A stretch of DNA of 54,954 nucleotides from an uncultured Clostridia bacterium (GCA_947382865.1 CANDBF010000004.1:1-54954); one strand, 5' to 3'; shown: positions 32,215 through 43,400, counted from the stretch's first letter. Notes: a model not told the origin generated them from the sequence alone. Program-made: numbers and translations.

Positions 32215-33762
32215 TCAGGCAAGCGCGCACACCGCGCAAAGTATCACGGATAACGCAGTTGCCACAATTACCGTTATCGCCTTTGCTCTTCTGTTTATAA
32301 AAACGTATCTTGAAGCGAACAAAGCTATGATTTCAAAGCAAACGATCGCGCAGACTCCCGACGGCACGGGCACGCTCGCAAAGGACAGATTTCCGATAAG
32401 ACCTACGTAAACTCTGAACGGAATAAGCAGAAACCTCATTATGAAAACGAAGCCGCCGAAGGTCGTAATCAGCGAAAGCAAGGTGAGCGCCAATAGCGCA
32501 ATATACATCGCCATCATATAGGGAAGCACAATGAAATTGGCAAGTATAAACAAAACCGGCACTCTACCGAAGAAGTATGCAACAAGCGGCAGCGTCAAAA
32601 GATTTGCCGACAGCGATACGGCGCAGACCTCCGCCAACCTCTTTCCGAAACGCCGCTTCGGGCTCACCTTATTCACGATTTTCATACCTGTTCTTTTGAA
32701 AGGACCGTAAAATGCGAATATTCCGAGCACCGCAAAGAAAGACAGCAAAAATCCGACCTCCATAATCGCAGTGGGACGGAACAGCAATATAAGTATCGCG
32801 GCAAACGACAGCGCGGACAGATTGTCCCTTTTGCGCCCGAACGCGGAAGCGAAGGAAAATACCGCGCACATTATGAACGCTCTCAAAGAAGACGCGGTGA
32901 ACGAACATAGCGCCGAATAGAAAAACGTAAGCGCGGTTACTATGACAAAGGCTATTTTTGGATTTACCTTGAACTTTCTCAGCAGAAAATAGAGAGCGGC
33001 GGCAAGAGTCGTGATATGCAGACCGCTCACCGCGAGGACGTGCGCAAGTCCGCTTGCGGAAATATTGTCGTACAAATCGCCGTTCATCCCGCTTTTGTCG
33101 CCGAGTATAAGTGCCTGACAAATAGATGAGGTGTACTCGTCGGTGTTTTCGTAAAGAATACGTTTGATTTTCAGTTGAAGACTGAGCGGAAAAGTCGCGT
33201 CGCCGTCGCTCAGCTTTACGACTTCGGAGGCGGTCGCGTAATAACCTATGCCATTGGCGCGGTCGGAGGCATAGTAGGTATAAAATCTGACGTGCTCCTT
33301 GCCGACCAGTCTGCCCGTGAGCTTAACCGTGTCTCCCGCGTTGAAATCTATTTCAACCGTGCTCGGCATATTTACGAAGCAGTCGTATTTGAGCTTGTTT
33401 CCGTCGATGCGTATGTCGCTTGCATAAAAAGTCGCGCTGTCGCCATCTATAATGATTTCGCTCGCAACCTTTACGGTGAATTCGCCTGAGTAACCGCTCA
33501 TAATGTTTGCGTCGTAAATTGCGCTTGACGCGGTTATGCCGATGAGACCGATAAGCAATGCCAACGGAAGATATGCGAATTTTCTTACTTTCTTTACGAA
33601 AACAAAAGCTACCGTCAACAAAAAGGCGACGCAGCACATAGCGATTATGAAAGCTATGCTTTCGCCGTAGACGGCTTCGCCCAAAACAATGCCGAGGGCA
33701 AGCGAACCCGCGACTAAACACATCGGACGGTAATTGAAAATTCGCTTGCCTCTAATCTGCAT
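32215..33762 (-). CDS. comEC: ComEC/Rec2 family competence membrane protein (no C-terminal MBL domain)
   Basis: ALILGDKS, SGLAHVLAVSGLH, SSLRAFIM, GFLLSF; OB-like N-terminal region. Confidence 0.88.
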   Translation of the reverse strand: MQIRGKRIFNYRPMCLVAGSLALGIVLGEAVYGESIAFIIAMCCVAFLLTVAFVFVKKVRKFAYLPLALLIGLIGITASSAIYDANIMSGYSGEFTVKVASEIIIDGDSATFYASDIRIDGNKLKYDCFVNMPSTVEIDFNAGDTVKLTGRLVGKEHVRFYTYYASDRANGIGYYATASEVVKLSDGDATFPLSLQLKIKRILYENTDEYTSSICQALILGDKSGMNGDLYDNISASGLAHVLAVSGLHITTLAAALYFLLRKFKVNPKIAFVIVTALTFFYSALCSFTASSLRAFIMCAVFSFASAFGRKRDNLSALSFAAILILLFRPTAIMEVGFLLSFFAVLGIFAFYGPFKRTGMKIVNKVSPKRRFGKRLAEVCAVSLSANLLTLPLVAYFFGRVPVLFILANFIVLPYMMAMYIALLALTLLSLITTFGGFVFIMRFLLIPFRVYVGLIGNLSFASVPVPSGVCAIVCFEIIALFASRYVFINRRAKAITVIVATALSVILCAVCALA

Positions 33763-33936
33763 AAAATCATTCTTATGTTCGCAAAATCGAAACTTTATAT
33801 GTCGTTTTGCATAAATAAACTTTTTCTTCTGTAATTTACGGCATATTTTATGCCATTAACATTATATCGGTATACGTCGTGTATCCGTCGAAATTTATGT
33901 CACGCGTTTTGGCGAGAAACAATCGACATAATTACG

Positions 33937-34278
33937 TCAGTTACGTCTGCCCGTTATCACAATGTCCGCGCCGAGTCCGAGCACGTCGGTTGCGACTACG
34001 TCGCCTATACGCACTCCGTCGCCGACCGTAAGTCCGCCGATAAATTCCACCACGTCCTTTATTCTGTCCTTAGGCACGTCGCAGCTAGTCTTGACCGAAG
34101 CCACCTCGCCGCTCTTTGTCCTTACGAGCGAGGTTATCGCGCGCTTGGGCTCACGATATTCTTCCGCGCCGTACAACTCTCCTCTTTTACAGGTGTTGCC
34201 GTTTACAATTATCTTGCCGTCGCGCTCCTCGACGGTGAGCGGACAGCCCATAGGGCACTTTATACAAATGGTATTCAT
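33937..34278 (-). CDS. DUF1667 family Fe-S/metal-binding protein
   Basis: CIKCPMGC...GNTCKRG..Y..EE...P.R; standard third gene of this oxidoreductase trio. Confidence 0.9.
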   Translation of the reverse strand: MNTICIKCPMGCPLTVEERDGKIIVNGNTCKRGELYGAEEYREPKRAITSLVRTKSGEVASVKTSCDVPKDRIKDVVEFIGGLTVGDGVRIGDVVATDVLGLGADIVITGRRN

Positions 34279-35519
34279 CTTTCCAACCTCACTAATACGT
34301 CGCCTTCAATCTCGCTTCTGTCAATTTCGAGACTGCCCATCTCGCCGGGGGCAAGCACCATAAACTTCCTTGAAAACAGTGTATTTCCTCCGCTTTCGGC
34401 TATCAGCTTACAGTTCTTGTACACGTCGCCTACGCGCAGGAATATTTTCACCTTTCCCTCGCCCTTGCTTATGCGCTGGGGAAGCGCGTATCTCACGCCG
34501 TCCGTCGCCTTGACGGATACGTATTCCGCGTCTTTCGCGCCGCCGTTTTTCGCGTACTCCGCGGCGGCTTTGCCTGCAATCTCCGCTTCTCTCGACACGT
34601 TGTCCACAAGGTCGTGCACGTGAAGCACGTTGCCGCAGGAGAACACTCCTTCAAGCGAGGTCATTCTGTTTTCGTCTACGACCGCGCCCTGTGTAACGCC
34701 GCTCATCTCTACGCTAAGCCCGCTCAGCAAATCGTTTTCGGGAATAAGTCCCACCGACAGCAAAAGCGTATCGCAGGATATATATTCCTCCTTTTCGAGG
34801 ATAGGTCTTCTGTTTTCGTCCACGGGCGCGTAGTATAAGCCCGTAAGCGCGGGAGAGCCCTCCACTCTTGTGACTGTGTGCGAATACTTTATAGGAATGT
34901 CATAATCGTCGAGGCATTGCACGATATTGCGTTTGAGTCCGCTCGAATACGGCATGAGTTCGATGACGAGCTTAACCTTCGCGCCCTCCGTCGTCATTCT
35001 GCGCGCCATAATAAGACCGATGTCGCCGCTTCCCAGTATGACGACCTCCTTGCCGACGAGATAACCGTCGATATTGCAAATCTTCTGCGCCATTCCCGCA
35101 GTATATATACCCGAGGGTCTGCTTCCCGCAAGCGCAATCGCGCCCGCCGTACGCTCCCTGCAACCCATCGCCAAAACGACCGCTTTCCCGTTTATGCGGC
35201 ATAGCCCCTCCGTCGGCGAAAGCACGGTGACGCGCTTATCGGCGTCGAGAGACAGCACCATACTTTCGAGCATAACGGTTATGTCCTCTTTTTCCACGAG
35301 CTTGCGGAATCTGTCCGCGTATTCGGGACCCGTCATCTCCTCTCCGAAATAGTGAAGTCCGAAGCCCTGATGTATGCACTGATTGAGTATGCCGCCGAGG
35401 CGCACGTCCCTTTCGAGAATGACTACGCTCGCGCCGTTTGCGCGCGCCGACAGAGCCGCCGCCATTCCCGCGGGTCCGCCGCCTATTATCACTACGTCAA
35501 AATCCAGATTGCGCATCAT
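34275..35519 (-). CDS. FAD/NAD(P)-dependent oxidoreductase
   Basis: GGGPAG, GGILNQCIH.GFG, GCRER, GSGDIGLIMARR, CGNVLHVHDLVD. Confidence 0.92.
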   Translation of the reverse strand: MMRNLDFDVVIIGGGPAGMAAALSARANGASVVILERDVRLGGILNQCIHQGFGLHYFGEEMTGPEYADRFRKLVEKEDITVMLESMVLSLDADKRVTVLSPTEGLCRINGKAVVLAMGCRERTAGAIALAGSRPSGIYTAGMAQKICNIDGYLVGKEVVILGSGDIGLIMARRMTTEGAKVKLVIELMPYSSGLKRNIVQCLDDYDIPIKYSHTVTRVEGSPALTGLYYAPVDENRRPILEKEEYISCDTLLLSVGLIPENDLLSGLSVEMSGVTQGAVVDENRMTSLEGVFSCGNVLHVHDLVDNVSREAEIAGKAAAEYAKNGGAKDAEYVSVKATDGVRYALPQRISKGEGKVKIFLRVGDVYKNCKLIAESGGNTLFSRKFMVLAPGEMGSLEIDRSEIEGDVLVRLER

Positions 35520-36943
35520 TCCACCTCCTTGACTCTGTATCTAGCGATGGACGCGCCGCCGCCTTTTTTGACTTCGCTCAAAGGAATATTCAGCTCTCTC
35601 GATATGATTTCCATAACTCTGGGACCACAGAAGCCGCCCTGACATCTGCCCATTCCCGCGCGCGTTCTGCGCTTTACCGCGTCCACCGTCGTGGCGGCGA
35701 GAGGCGAATGTATCGCTTCCACTATCTCCGCTTCCGTCACCTTCTCGCAACGGCATACTATTCTGCCCCAAGCGCTGTCCTTTGCGATAAGCGCGTCAAT
35801 CTCCCCGTCGCTAAGCTCGGTAAGTCTCTTACGCTTAGGCATGACGCTAATCGTATTCTCCTTTTTCGCGGGATCTAGCTTGCCTGTTACAATATCCTCG
35901 ATATACTCCGCTATCGCGGGAGCGGATGAAAGCCCCGGCGAACAAATGCCTATCGCCATAATAAAGTTTTCCAGCACATCGGACTGCTTTATGACGAAAT
36001 CGTGCCCGATGAGCGTGCGCAAGCCCGCATATACGCGTATGCATTTGTTGAAAGCGGCGCACTTATACGATAGCGGCACGTTTGCGCGTATGCTGTCGAG
36101 GCTCTCCCTCGTTGTCGCCGTATCCGACGTGTCCGACGTATCGACGGCGGTCGGTCCGTAGATGACGTTGCCGTCCGCCGTAGGTGCGACCAGTATACCC
36201 TTGCCCGCCGCCGTCGGCAACGGGAAGATGACGGTATGTACGTTTTTGCGCTCGGAGTTGTCCAGTACGAAATAGTCGCCCCTGCGATAGGTCGTCTCAT
36301 AATGCTCCGCGCCCGCAAGGTCGTTTATCTCGGCTCCGTTCGCCCCCGCGCAGTTGACAACTATCTTGGATTCATACTCGCCGCTCGGAGTAGTCGCCAA
36401 ATAGCCGTTTGCCGTTTTCTTTATCGCCGTGACGGGAGAGCAAAGCTCTATCTTCGCGCCGTTGAGTATCGCCCTGTCCGCATACGCTATCGCAAGCTGA
36501 TAAGGCGAAATTATGCCTGCGGACGGCGCATATAGGCTGTACTCTATACAGTCTGCCACGTTCGGCTCTATGGCAAACGTCTGCTCTCTGTCTAAGATTT
36601 TCACCTCTACGCCGTTCTTCGCGGCTTTTTGCGCAAGAGCTTCCAGCTTATCTCTCTGTTCCGCGGTAGCGACGACTATCGAGCCGCATTTCAGATGCGG
36701 AACGTCAAGCTCCTGCGCATCGCGCCACATAAGCTCGTTGCCGCGCACGTTGAATCGCGCCTTTGCCGTACACGGGTCGCAGTCGTAGCCCGCGTGTACG
36801 ATTCCGCTGTTTGCGCGCGTCGTAAAGGAAGCTACGTCGTCCTCCTTTTCAAGGAGCAGGACGTTCATATTATAGCGCGCAAGCCTGTCAAGCACAGCCG
36901 TACCTATGACGCCTCCCCCTATAACAATGCAATCGTATATCAT
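35516..36943 (-). CDS. FAD-dependent oxidoreductase with BFD-like [2Fe-2S] domain (GlpA/LhgO-like)
   Basis: GGGVIG, NSGIVHAGYD, SPGLSSAPAIA, IVCRCEKVT, RAGMGRCQGGFC. Start at 36943 after GGAG. Confidence 0.92.
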   Translation of the reverse strand: MIYDCIVIGGGVIGTAVLDRLARYNMNVLLLEKEDDVASFTTRANSGIVHAGYDCDPCTAKARFNVRGNELMWRDAQELDVPHLKCGSIVVATAEQRDKLEALAQKAAKNGVEVKILDREQTFAIEPNVADCIEYSLYAPSAGIISPYQLAIAYADRAILNGAKIELCSPVTAIKKTANGYLATTPSGEYESKIVVNCAGANGAEINDLAGAEHYETTYRRGDYFVLDNSERKNVHTVIFPLPTAAGKGILVAPTADGNVIYGPTAVDTSDTSDTATTRESLDSIRANVPLSYKCAAFNKCIRVYAGLRTLIGHDFVIKQSDVLENFIMAIGICSPGLSSAPAIAEYIEDIVTGKLDPAKKENTISVMPKRKRLTELSDGEIDALIAKDSAWGRIVCRCEKVTEAEIVEAIHSPLAATTVDAVKRRTRAGMGRCQGGFCGPRVMEIISRELNIPLSEVKKGGGASIARYRVKEVE

Positions 36944-37060
36944 ATATTCTCCTTCGTCCAAGCAAACGCGAAACGAGACCGCGCCGCCGTAAAAGTTCAT
37001 TTAAGCAGACAACGGAGCATAATTTGAATTTGCTCCGTCGCTATAACGTTGAATATACCA

Positions 37061-37591
37061 TTATTTATGGAATTTCTTTTTGTACTCCGCGATATTCTCT
37101 TTGATAATCAGCTCCGCGTGCTCGCGGCTCTTGACCTGAAACACCGTCGTCTGCTTGCCTTCAAGCTGTTTATACACGCGGAAGAAGTGGGACATTTCCT
37201 CCATTATATGCTGGGGCAGCTCCTCTATTTCCTTGTACGTGTTCCACGTAGGATCCTTGTACGGAATTGCGATAATCTTATAATCCATCTCGTCGCTGTC
37301 CTGCATCATCATCACGCCTATGGGATAGCATCTGACGAGAGTAAGCGGCACAATAGGCTCCGAGCACAGCACGAGCACGTCGAGCGGGTCGTTGTCCTCC
37401 GAATACGTGAGCGGAATAAAGCCGTAGTTGGCGGGATAGTGAGTGGACGTATAGAGCACTCTGTCGAGTATAAGCGTGCCCGTGGCTTTATCGAGCTCAT
37501 ATTTGTTTTTGCTGCCCTTCGATATCTCGATTACCGCAAGAAAATCGGTCGGCGATATGCGAGACGGGTCTACGTCATGCCAAATGTTCAT
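37061..37591 (-). CDS. ppa: Family I inorganic pyrophosphatase
   Basis: IEISKGSKNKYE, DRVL...YPANYGFIP, DNDPLDVL, DYKIIA, FFRVYKQLE. Start at 37591. Confidence 0.95.
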   Translation of the reverse strand: MNIWHDVDPSRISPTDFLAVIEISKGSKNKYELDKATGTLILDRVLYTSTHYPANYGFIPLTYSEDNDPLDVLVLCSEPIVPLTLVRCYPIGVMMMQDSDEMDYKIIAIPYKDPTWNTYKEIEELPQHIMEEMSHFFRVYKQLEGKQTTVFQVKSREHAELIIKENIAEYKKKFHK

Positions 37592-37869
37592 AAAATCTCC
37601 TATTCGCGTTCCGCACAAACGAAACCGCAATACCCTTTTGTTGCCACTATTATAAAATTATAATAATAAGTTGTCAATAAGAAGCGCAGATTTGAATGCT
37701 TTATATTTTACGATTCAACGCCCTTCTCCCGATATTAAACGTTGCAATCACGAGGTAACTGCTGTACCAACATATATAAAGTAAACAATTCCGAGTTCCG
37801 TCAAAAAAAATGCGGCGATTTGCATAAACCGATTGACGGAGATTTCTTGAAATATCCTTTTAGAATATC

Positions 37870-37896
37870 GAAAACGGCACACTATGTGCCGTTTTC
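37870..37896 (-). terminator. Hairpin terminator after the M20 peptidase gene
   Basis: GAAAACGGCAC / GTGCCGTTTTC stem. Confidence 0.65.
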
Positions 37897-37971
37897 TTCA
37901 TCTTTTGCGATTCAATAACCTTTCGTACTTTTGTAATCTTCCGTGAAAAATCCGAATGTAAATTAAGTAAT

Positions 37972-39285
37972 CTATTTCACCATTTGCAAAAAGTTTTTGA
38001 AGAAGCCGACGGTCTGTCCTATCGACTCGATATCCACGTTTTCATTGGAGGCGTGCATTCCGCCCAGCTGCTCCATGGTGAGCCTGCAAGGCGTACAGCG
38101 TATTGCTGTGTCCGAAATCTCCTGCATAGTACGACAGTCCGTGCCGCCGAACATATAGTACGGCACGACCGCAACGTCCGGATAGGTCTTTTTCACCGCT
38201 TCGGCAAAAGTTTTATAGCCGTCGCTCGTCAGATTTACCATGGGAGAGGCTTCCCTGCTCTTTACGACCTGCATATCCACGTCGAATTTCTTTGCGATTT
38301 TGCGCAGCTTCTTGAAGCACTTTTCCGCCGTATCGTTGGGGGATATCCTGAGATTTGCGTTTACCCAAGCCTCCTGCGGAATAATATTAGGCGCTGTCGC
38401 TCCGTCAGTCATTGTGAATACCATTGTCGTCGCAAACATAGCCGAACCGTACGAGCCGCCGTATTTGTGCGCGAGCTTTGCAAATACAGACGTTCCGCCG
38501 AAGCACTTCGCTATAAATTTGAGCCCAGGGGTCAGAACCTCTCCTAATCCCTTGACCATTGCGGTTGCGGGAGCGGTTTTCTTCGGCTTGAACAGAGTAA
38601 GCTTCTCGCAATACGCAATAAGCGCGCCGAGTCTGGCTATGGGAGAATTCTTTGGCGGCTGAGAGCTGTGTCCGCCTTTGCCTCTGGCAATAAACTTCAC
38701 GTCGGCATAGCCCTTTTCCAAAATTCCGACAGCGCATATATCCTTTGTAACCTGCTCCGCCGGCTTTTTAATAATCGCGCCGCCCTCGTCGACTACTATG
38801 TACGGCTTCACTCCGTGCGCTTTGAACCAATCCCTTGCCATCTCTGCGCCGGGTCCCGAATTCTCCTCGCAGTCGCTGTACGAGAGATATACGTCGTAAG
38901 CGGGAACATATCCGTTTTCAATCAGCTCGTCTACGGCTTGAATGGTACAAAACAGCGTATTCTTGCAATCCATTGTGCCTCGTCCGTACACCCTGCCGTC
39001 TTCCACGGTCGCGCTGAACGGCTCGTATTTCCAATCCCCGCCGACCGCGGGAACCACGTCCTGATGCGCCATGAGCACAACGGGCTTTTCACTCGATTTG
39101 CCCGTCCATTTATACAGCAGAACGTCTCTGCCCAGCTCTATTTTTTCACATTTCTCCGCCACGTTGGGGAATTCCTCGTCCAGCACTTTATGAAACGCTT
39201 CAAAATACTCATGTCCGCTGTCCGTAACCGTCGGACACTGAATAAGTCTTCTGAAGCTGTCAACATATCCGTTTTGGTTTTTCAC
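37972..39285 (-). CDS. M20/M25/M40 metallo-hydrolase (carboxypeptidase S-like)
   Basis: MAHQDVVP, GRGTMDCK, CEEN, VDEGG, GGHSS, GGTD, HASNE; GTG start after GAGG. Confidence 0.93.
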   Translation of the reverse strand: MKNQNGYVDSFRRLIQCPTVTDSGHEYFEAFHKVLDEEFPNVAEKCEKIELGRDVLLYKWTGKSSEKPVVLMAHQDVVPAVGGDWKYEPFSATVEDGRVYGRGTMDCKNTLFCTIQAVDELIENGYVPAYDVYLSYSDCEENSGPGAEMARDWFKAHGVKPYIVVDEGGAIIKKPAEQVTKDICAVGILEKGYADVKFIARGKGGHSSQPPKNSPIARLGALIAYCEKLTLFKPKKTAPATAMVKGLGEVLTPGLKFIAKCFGGTSVFAKLAHKYGGSYGSAMFATTMVFTMTDGATAPNIIPQEAWVNANLRISPNDTAEKCFKKLRKIAKKFDVDMQVVKSREASPMVNLTSDGYKTFAEAVKKTYPDVAVVPYYMFGGTDCRTMQEISDTAIRCTPCRLTMEQLGGMHASNENVDIESIGQTVGFFKNFLQMVK

Positions 39286-39434
39286 GTTTACACCTCTGTC
39301 TTTATGTTTTTAATATTATAGACCTAGCGTATATTTAAGTCAAACGTTACGAACGAGCTTAATAATTTTCAATACATACAAAGTTAAAAGAGTAAAAATC
39401 CTTACTAAACAGTAGTAATTTTTCTAATTTCAAG

Positions 39435-39477
39435 CAAATATACACGATACGTGTATTACACGTATCGTGTATATTTG
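39435..39477. repeat. Perfect 21-bp inverted repeat with a 1-nt spacer
   Basis: CAAATATACACGATACGTGTA-T-TACACGTATCGTGTATATTTG. Confidence 0.9.
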
Positions 39478-40019
39478 TTGATTTTTTTAATTTGCAGTGT
39501 ATATAAGAACTTAATCTAAGGTCCCCTCCCCATGTGTAAAATTATTTGCACATTAACAAGCTGAATCAAGCTGAGGGTTGACGTGGTCTGTAAGAGTGTA
39601 CGGCGAGTACTATAAAAAGAAATAACCCCCCCCTTCCGTGGGGTTTCCCCCAGTCGCGTTCCCCCTACCCATGCGGGCGGGTCCCACGCTTTGCGGGGGA
39701 CACCTGCGCTCTCGGGCGACAGCCATAGAGTACTGTTTATATCACTCGCTCGGGAGCGAAAAAACAAAGCTCGCTCCCTCGCTTGTACAAAGAGCAGCCC
39801 TCGAATCGCCTCTCTCCGCGCCCTGCGCGTCGCAGTGCAGTCCCTTGAATAACGATACGTCGTGCTCACACCCGTTCAAGCAGAATGCAAGCGCGTTAAG
39901 TGCGCCATAGGTCTCTTGAACGGCGACTCGTTGTTTTCCACCTTATCAAAATAAATATCCGCATAAATGTGTGAGCGCAGCGAGCAAAACAAGCAAACAA
40001 ATATGCGAAACAGGGTTAA

Positions 40020-40142
40020 AGTTTACAACGAAAATCTGAATTGATAGCAGATATTTGTTTGCGCGTTAGAAACGAGAAAATGCAGCTGAGAGGCAAAGCG
40101 TTTTCAAAAGAAAACGCGTGCCATACGGCACGCATTTTCGAG
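40020..40142 (-). repeat. tRNA 3' trailer element, copy 1 (includes a terminator hairpin)
   Basis: Collinear blocks AGTTTACAACGAA, GATAGCA, TTTGCGCG, AACGAGAAAATGC, CGCATTTTCGAG shared with 54768-54891. Confidence 0.75.
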
Positions 40143-40218
40143 TGGTACCCCCATAGGGAATCGAACCCTAGTTTCCGCCGTGAGAGGGCGACGTCTTGAA
40201 CCGCTTGACCATGAGGGC
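40143..40218 (-). tRNA. tRNA-Glu (anticodon CTC)
   Basis: Minus strand GCCCTCATGGTCAAGCGGTTCAAGACGTCGCCCT-CTC-ACGGCGGAAACTAGGGTTCGATTCCCTATGGGGGTACCA; 76 nt with encoded CCA. Confidence 0.96.
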
Positions 40219-40446
40219 ATAGAAAAGTAAGGTGATAATACCATATATATCCGAAAAGCGCAAGTGATTTTAGAAATTTTGCAAAAATACGAAAAAAAAA
40301 TATTTTCCATTGTATTTCAACCTTAAATATCAGATTTATATCCATGAAATTCCGCCCATTTTTTTTGCGACATTTATTGAATTTATTAAACATATGTTCT
40401 ATAATTATACTTATATATAAACGATGCTGTGCATCTAGGAGGAATT

Positions 40447-43400
40447 ATGAGAACAAACGCAACAAAACGTGCTTCGTTCGCACTGGCTCTGCTGCTTGCG
40501 GTTACGTTCGTTTTCGCCCTCGGGTTTACCGTCTATGACGGCGTAACCTTTGCGGCGGACGCTACGCCTCAGCTCGAAACAGAGATAACGGTCGGACATA
40601 TGAGCGACATCCACTACTTCCCGCTCGAATACTGCTACACTACGGATGTTGATTCCGACGTGTACAAGGCGACGGATTTCTATTACGCTATGACCGGCGA
40701 CACAAAGCTGGTGCTCGAAAGCGGAATGACTCTCAACGCGGCGATTAAGAGCATACTTAAAGACGCAGACGACCAAAAAGCTCCGCAATACCTTGTGACT
40801 TCCGGCGACCTGTGCAAAAACGGCGAACGCGTAGCTCTTATCGACGTCGCCAATACTCTGCGCTACCTGCAAAACGAGATGAGAAAAAAGGCGGGTTACA
40901 GCAACTTCCAAGTGTTTGCAACCGTCGGAAATCACGATTTGTACAACCAGAACGGAGAAATATATTCTAAGGAAGACGGCTCCGGCAGGGTTGCCGATAT
41001 TCTCAATTCCGCTCAGTTTGCGCTCGTATTCGCAGGTCTCGGATATCCCGACGCCACGCTCGACGGCGCGAACGGCACCGTAAATCTTACGGATTATCTC
41101 CCCGCCGACTACTGGTCTTCCGCTTATACGAACGGCTACGTCACCTCTGCCAACGCGACGAATATCAAATACCATTATTATTCCGCCGATCTTGCGGCAG
41201 TAGAAAGCGCGGCGACTTCGGCTGAGAAGATGGCGTGCTACTACAATCTCGGCGACGGTCTGGGACAGCTTACATATATTGCGGAGCTTACCGATTCCGC
41301 AAACAAGGGCTACTCCTTTATAGCGATAGACTCTTCCGACCGCGAGCTGTCCGAAACGGGCGCGCCCTCGCGCATAAGCAAAGCCGAATATAACGCTCTC
41401 TCCAATAAGCCCCAGCTTGTCGTCGAGACAAACGGCATTATAGATACAAAGCACCCCGTAAGCTCCTCCGTGGCGTTTGCAAACGCAAACAACAAGGTTT
41501 ACAGGCTGACCAAATATACGCATATAACCGGCGGAAGAATCACCGAGGACTGCCTCGAATGGATTGAAGCGTACGCCTCGACCCAGACGGGCGACAAGAC
41601 TACGCTCGGCGAAGAGACGATGATTTCGACCTTCCACCATAACGTGCTTCCCCACTTCGAGCAGGAAGACGATATTCTGAAAGACTTCACTCTCTACAAC
41701 TGGGAATACACGGCGAAGCGTTTCCTCGATATGGGAATTCGTTATGCTCTTACGGGACATATGCACGCATCCGATATCATGACCTATACGGACGTCGAGG
41801 GTCGCACTCTGTACGATTTCGAGACAGGCTCGACTATCAGCTACGCCTCCCCCCGCCGCTATATCGCGTTTAAGCGTTTCAACTGCGACGGCAAGCTCGG
41901 AGAGCAAACGCACTCGTCAGTCAACATTCTTTCGAGTCTGAAAGAGGTAAGCGACAATATTTCCACAACGGCGGATTGGAACCAGTCCGCAATGGACGCC
42001 TACAAAGCCAATCCCACCGACGCCAACTGGAACGCGCTCCTAGCAGCCAACCCCGAATATCTTACCTACTGCATCAGATACGACGAGCTGTCCTCTATGA
42101 GCTATAACGAGTTTATAAGCAAGGACATCTATTCTATCATCGTTGAGAGAATGGTGAACCACTTTATCACCGACAGGACCCTTGACAGTCTCAAAGATAC
42201 TGTCGGAAACGTGCTTGTCGGACTTGACAGTTCAATGGTCGGCAGTATTCTGAGCTATATCAAGGTCAACGGAGACCTCCTCAACAAAGGAGTACAATAT
42301 ATCCTCGACGTTGTGCTGAACAGTCTGTACGGCGAGGGCGGCTATCCCTACAACGGCAAAACCTATGACACTGCGCTCGACTACGTACACGCAATCATTG
42401 ACGACGTTCTCAATCTCCAATTCGGCGACGAGAGCATCTCATCCGCCGTCAATCCCGACAACAAAGGCAAAATGAACGTCAAGCAGATCGCCAGCTTTAT
42501 TATGATGTCCCACTCGGCGGGCACGGAAATTTCTCTGTCGGAAACGAATGCAAGCATCGACAGCAATTTCACGGAAAACGCATGCGGCTCCAATACGTAC
42601 GGCTTTATGCAACCCACCGACAAGACATACCGCAAGCGCATGCTTGCCGCAATCAAGGATCTGGATACTCAACTCAAAAACGGTCAGTTTGTCGATACTC
42701 TGCTCAATATGTTGCTCGACCCGTTGTTCAACAATGAGGACTCTCTTCTGAAAACGCTGATAAATTACAGCTTTGACCTGCGTAATGCCGTGACAAGCGG
42801 ATTTATGACCCAAAGCGAATACGACAAACTTGAAGCGGGCTTTCGCACGCTCTCAACCGACAAGACCGTCAAGCTGCTGATTAAGAACGTCGCTCAAAAC
42901 GAGTACGGCATTACTCTTCCCTCGGATTTCACTCTTAACGTAAACGCTCAGGACTTCTGCCTCGGAAGAATAATAAACGACCTGCTCCCCGTCGCGAAGC
43001 CTCTTATCGCGGATATGATGGGCTTCAATATGGACGGCGACAACCTCATCGGAATTGTTGCCAACCTGCTTGACAGCTATGTAACTCCCAGCTTCAAGGT
43101 AGGTCTGGGCGGCATTGCGGACAACATCGTAATGGCGTTTGCAACAGACGTATATCCCGACCTTGCGGATATGAACGACCCCACGGCGGATTATATTATT
43201 CAACCTTACGCGGAATATAAGTTCGGGACCGAAAAAATGAGCTACGTAAGCTCGAAAAACGTTATGTCGTCGGTCGGCGCGACGTTCAATGCGGCTACGC
43301 AGGCAAACGGCAGAGTTCCCAGCCGCGTAACGTCAAACTTCGATACCAAGAACAGCACAACGTCTTATACCTTTAAGTTCTATACCGAAGAGAACGTGTA

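Noticed and set aside
39516-39910. ORFs 39516..39869(-) and 39638..39910(+)
   Set aside because: No recognisable motifs or RBS; the region behaves as structured non-coding DNA. RNase P, tmRNA and SRP hallmark sequences were also not seen.
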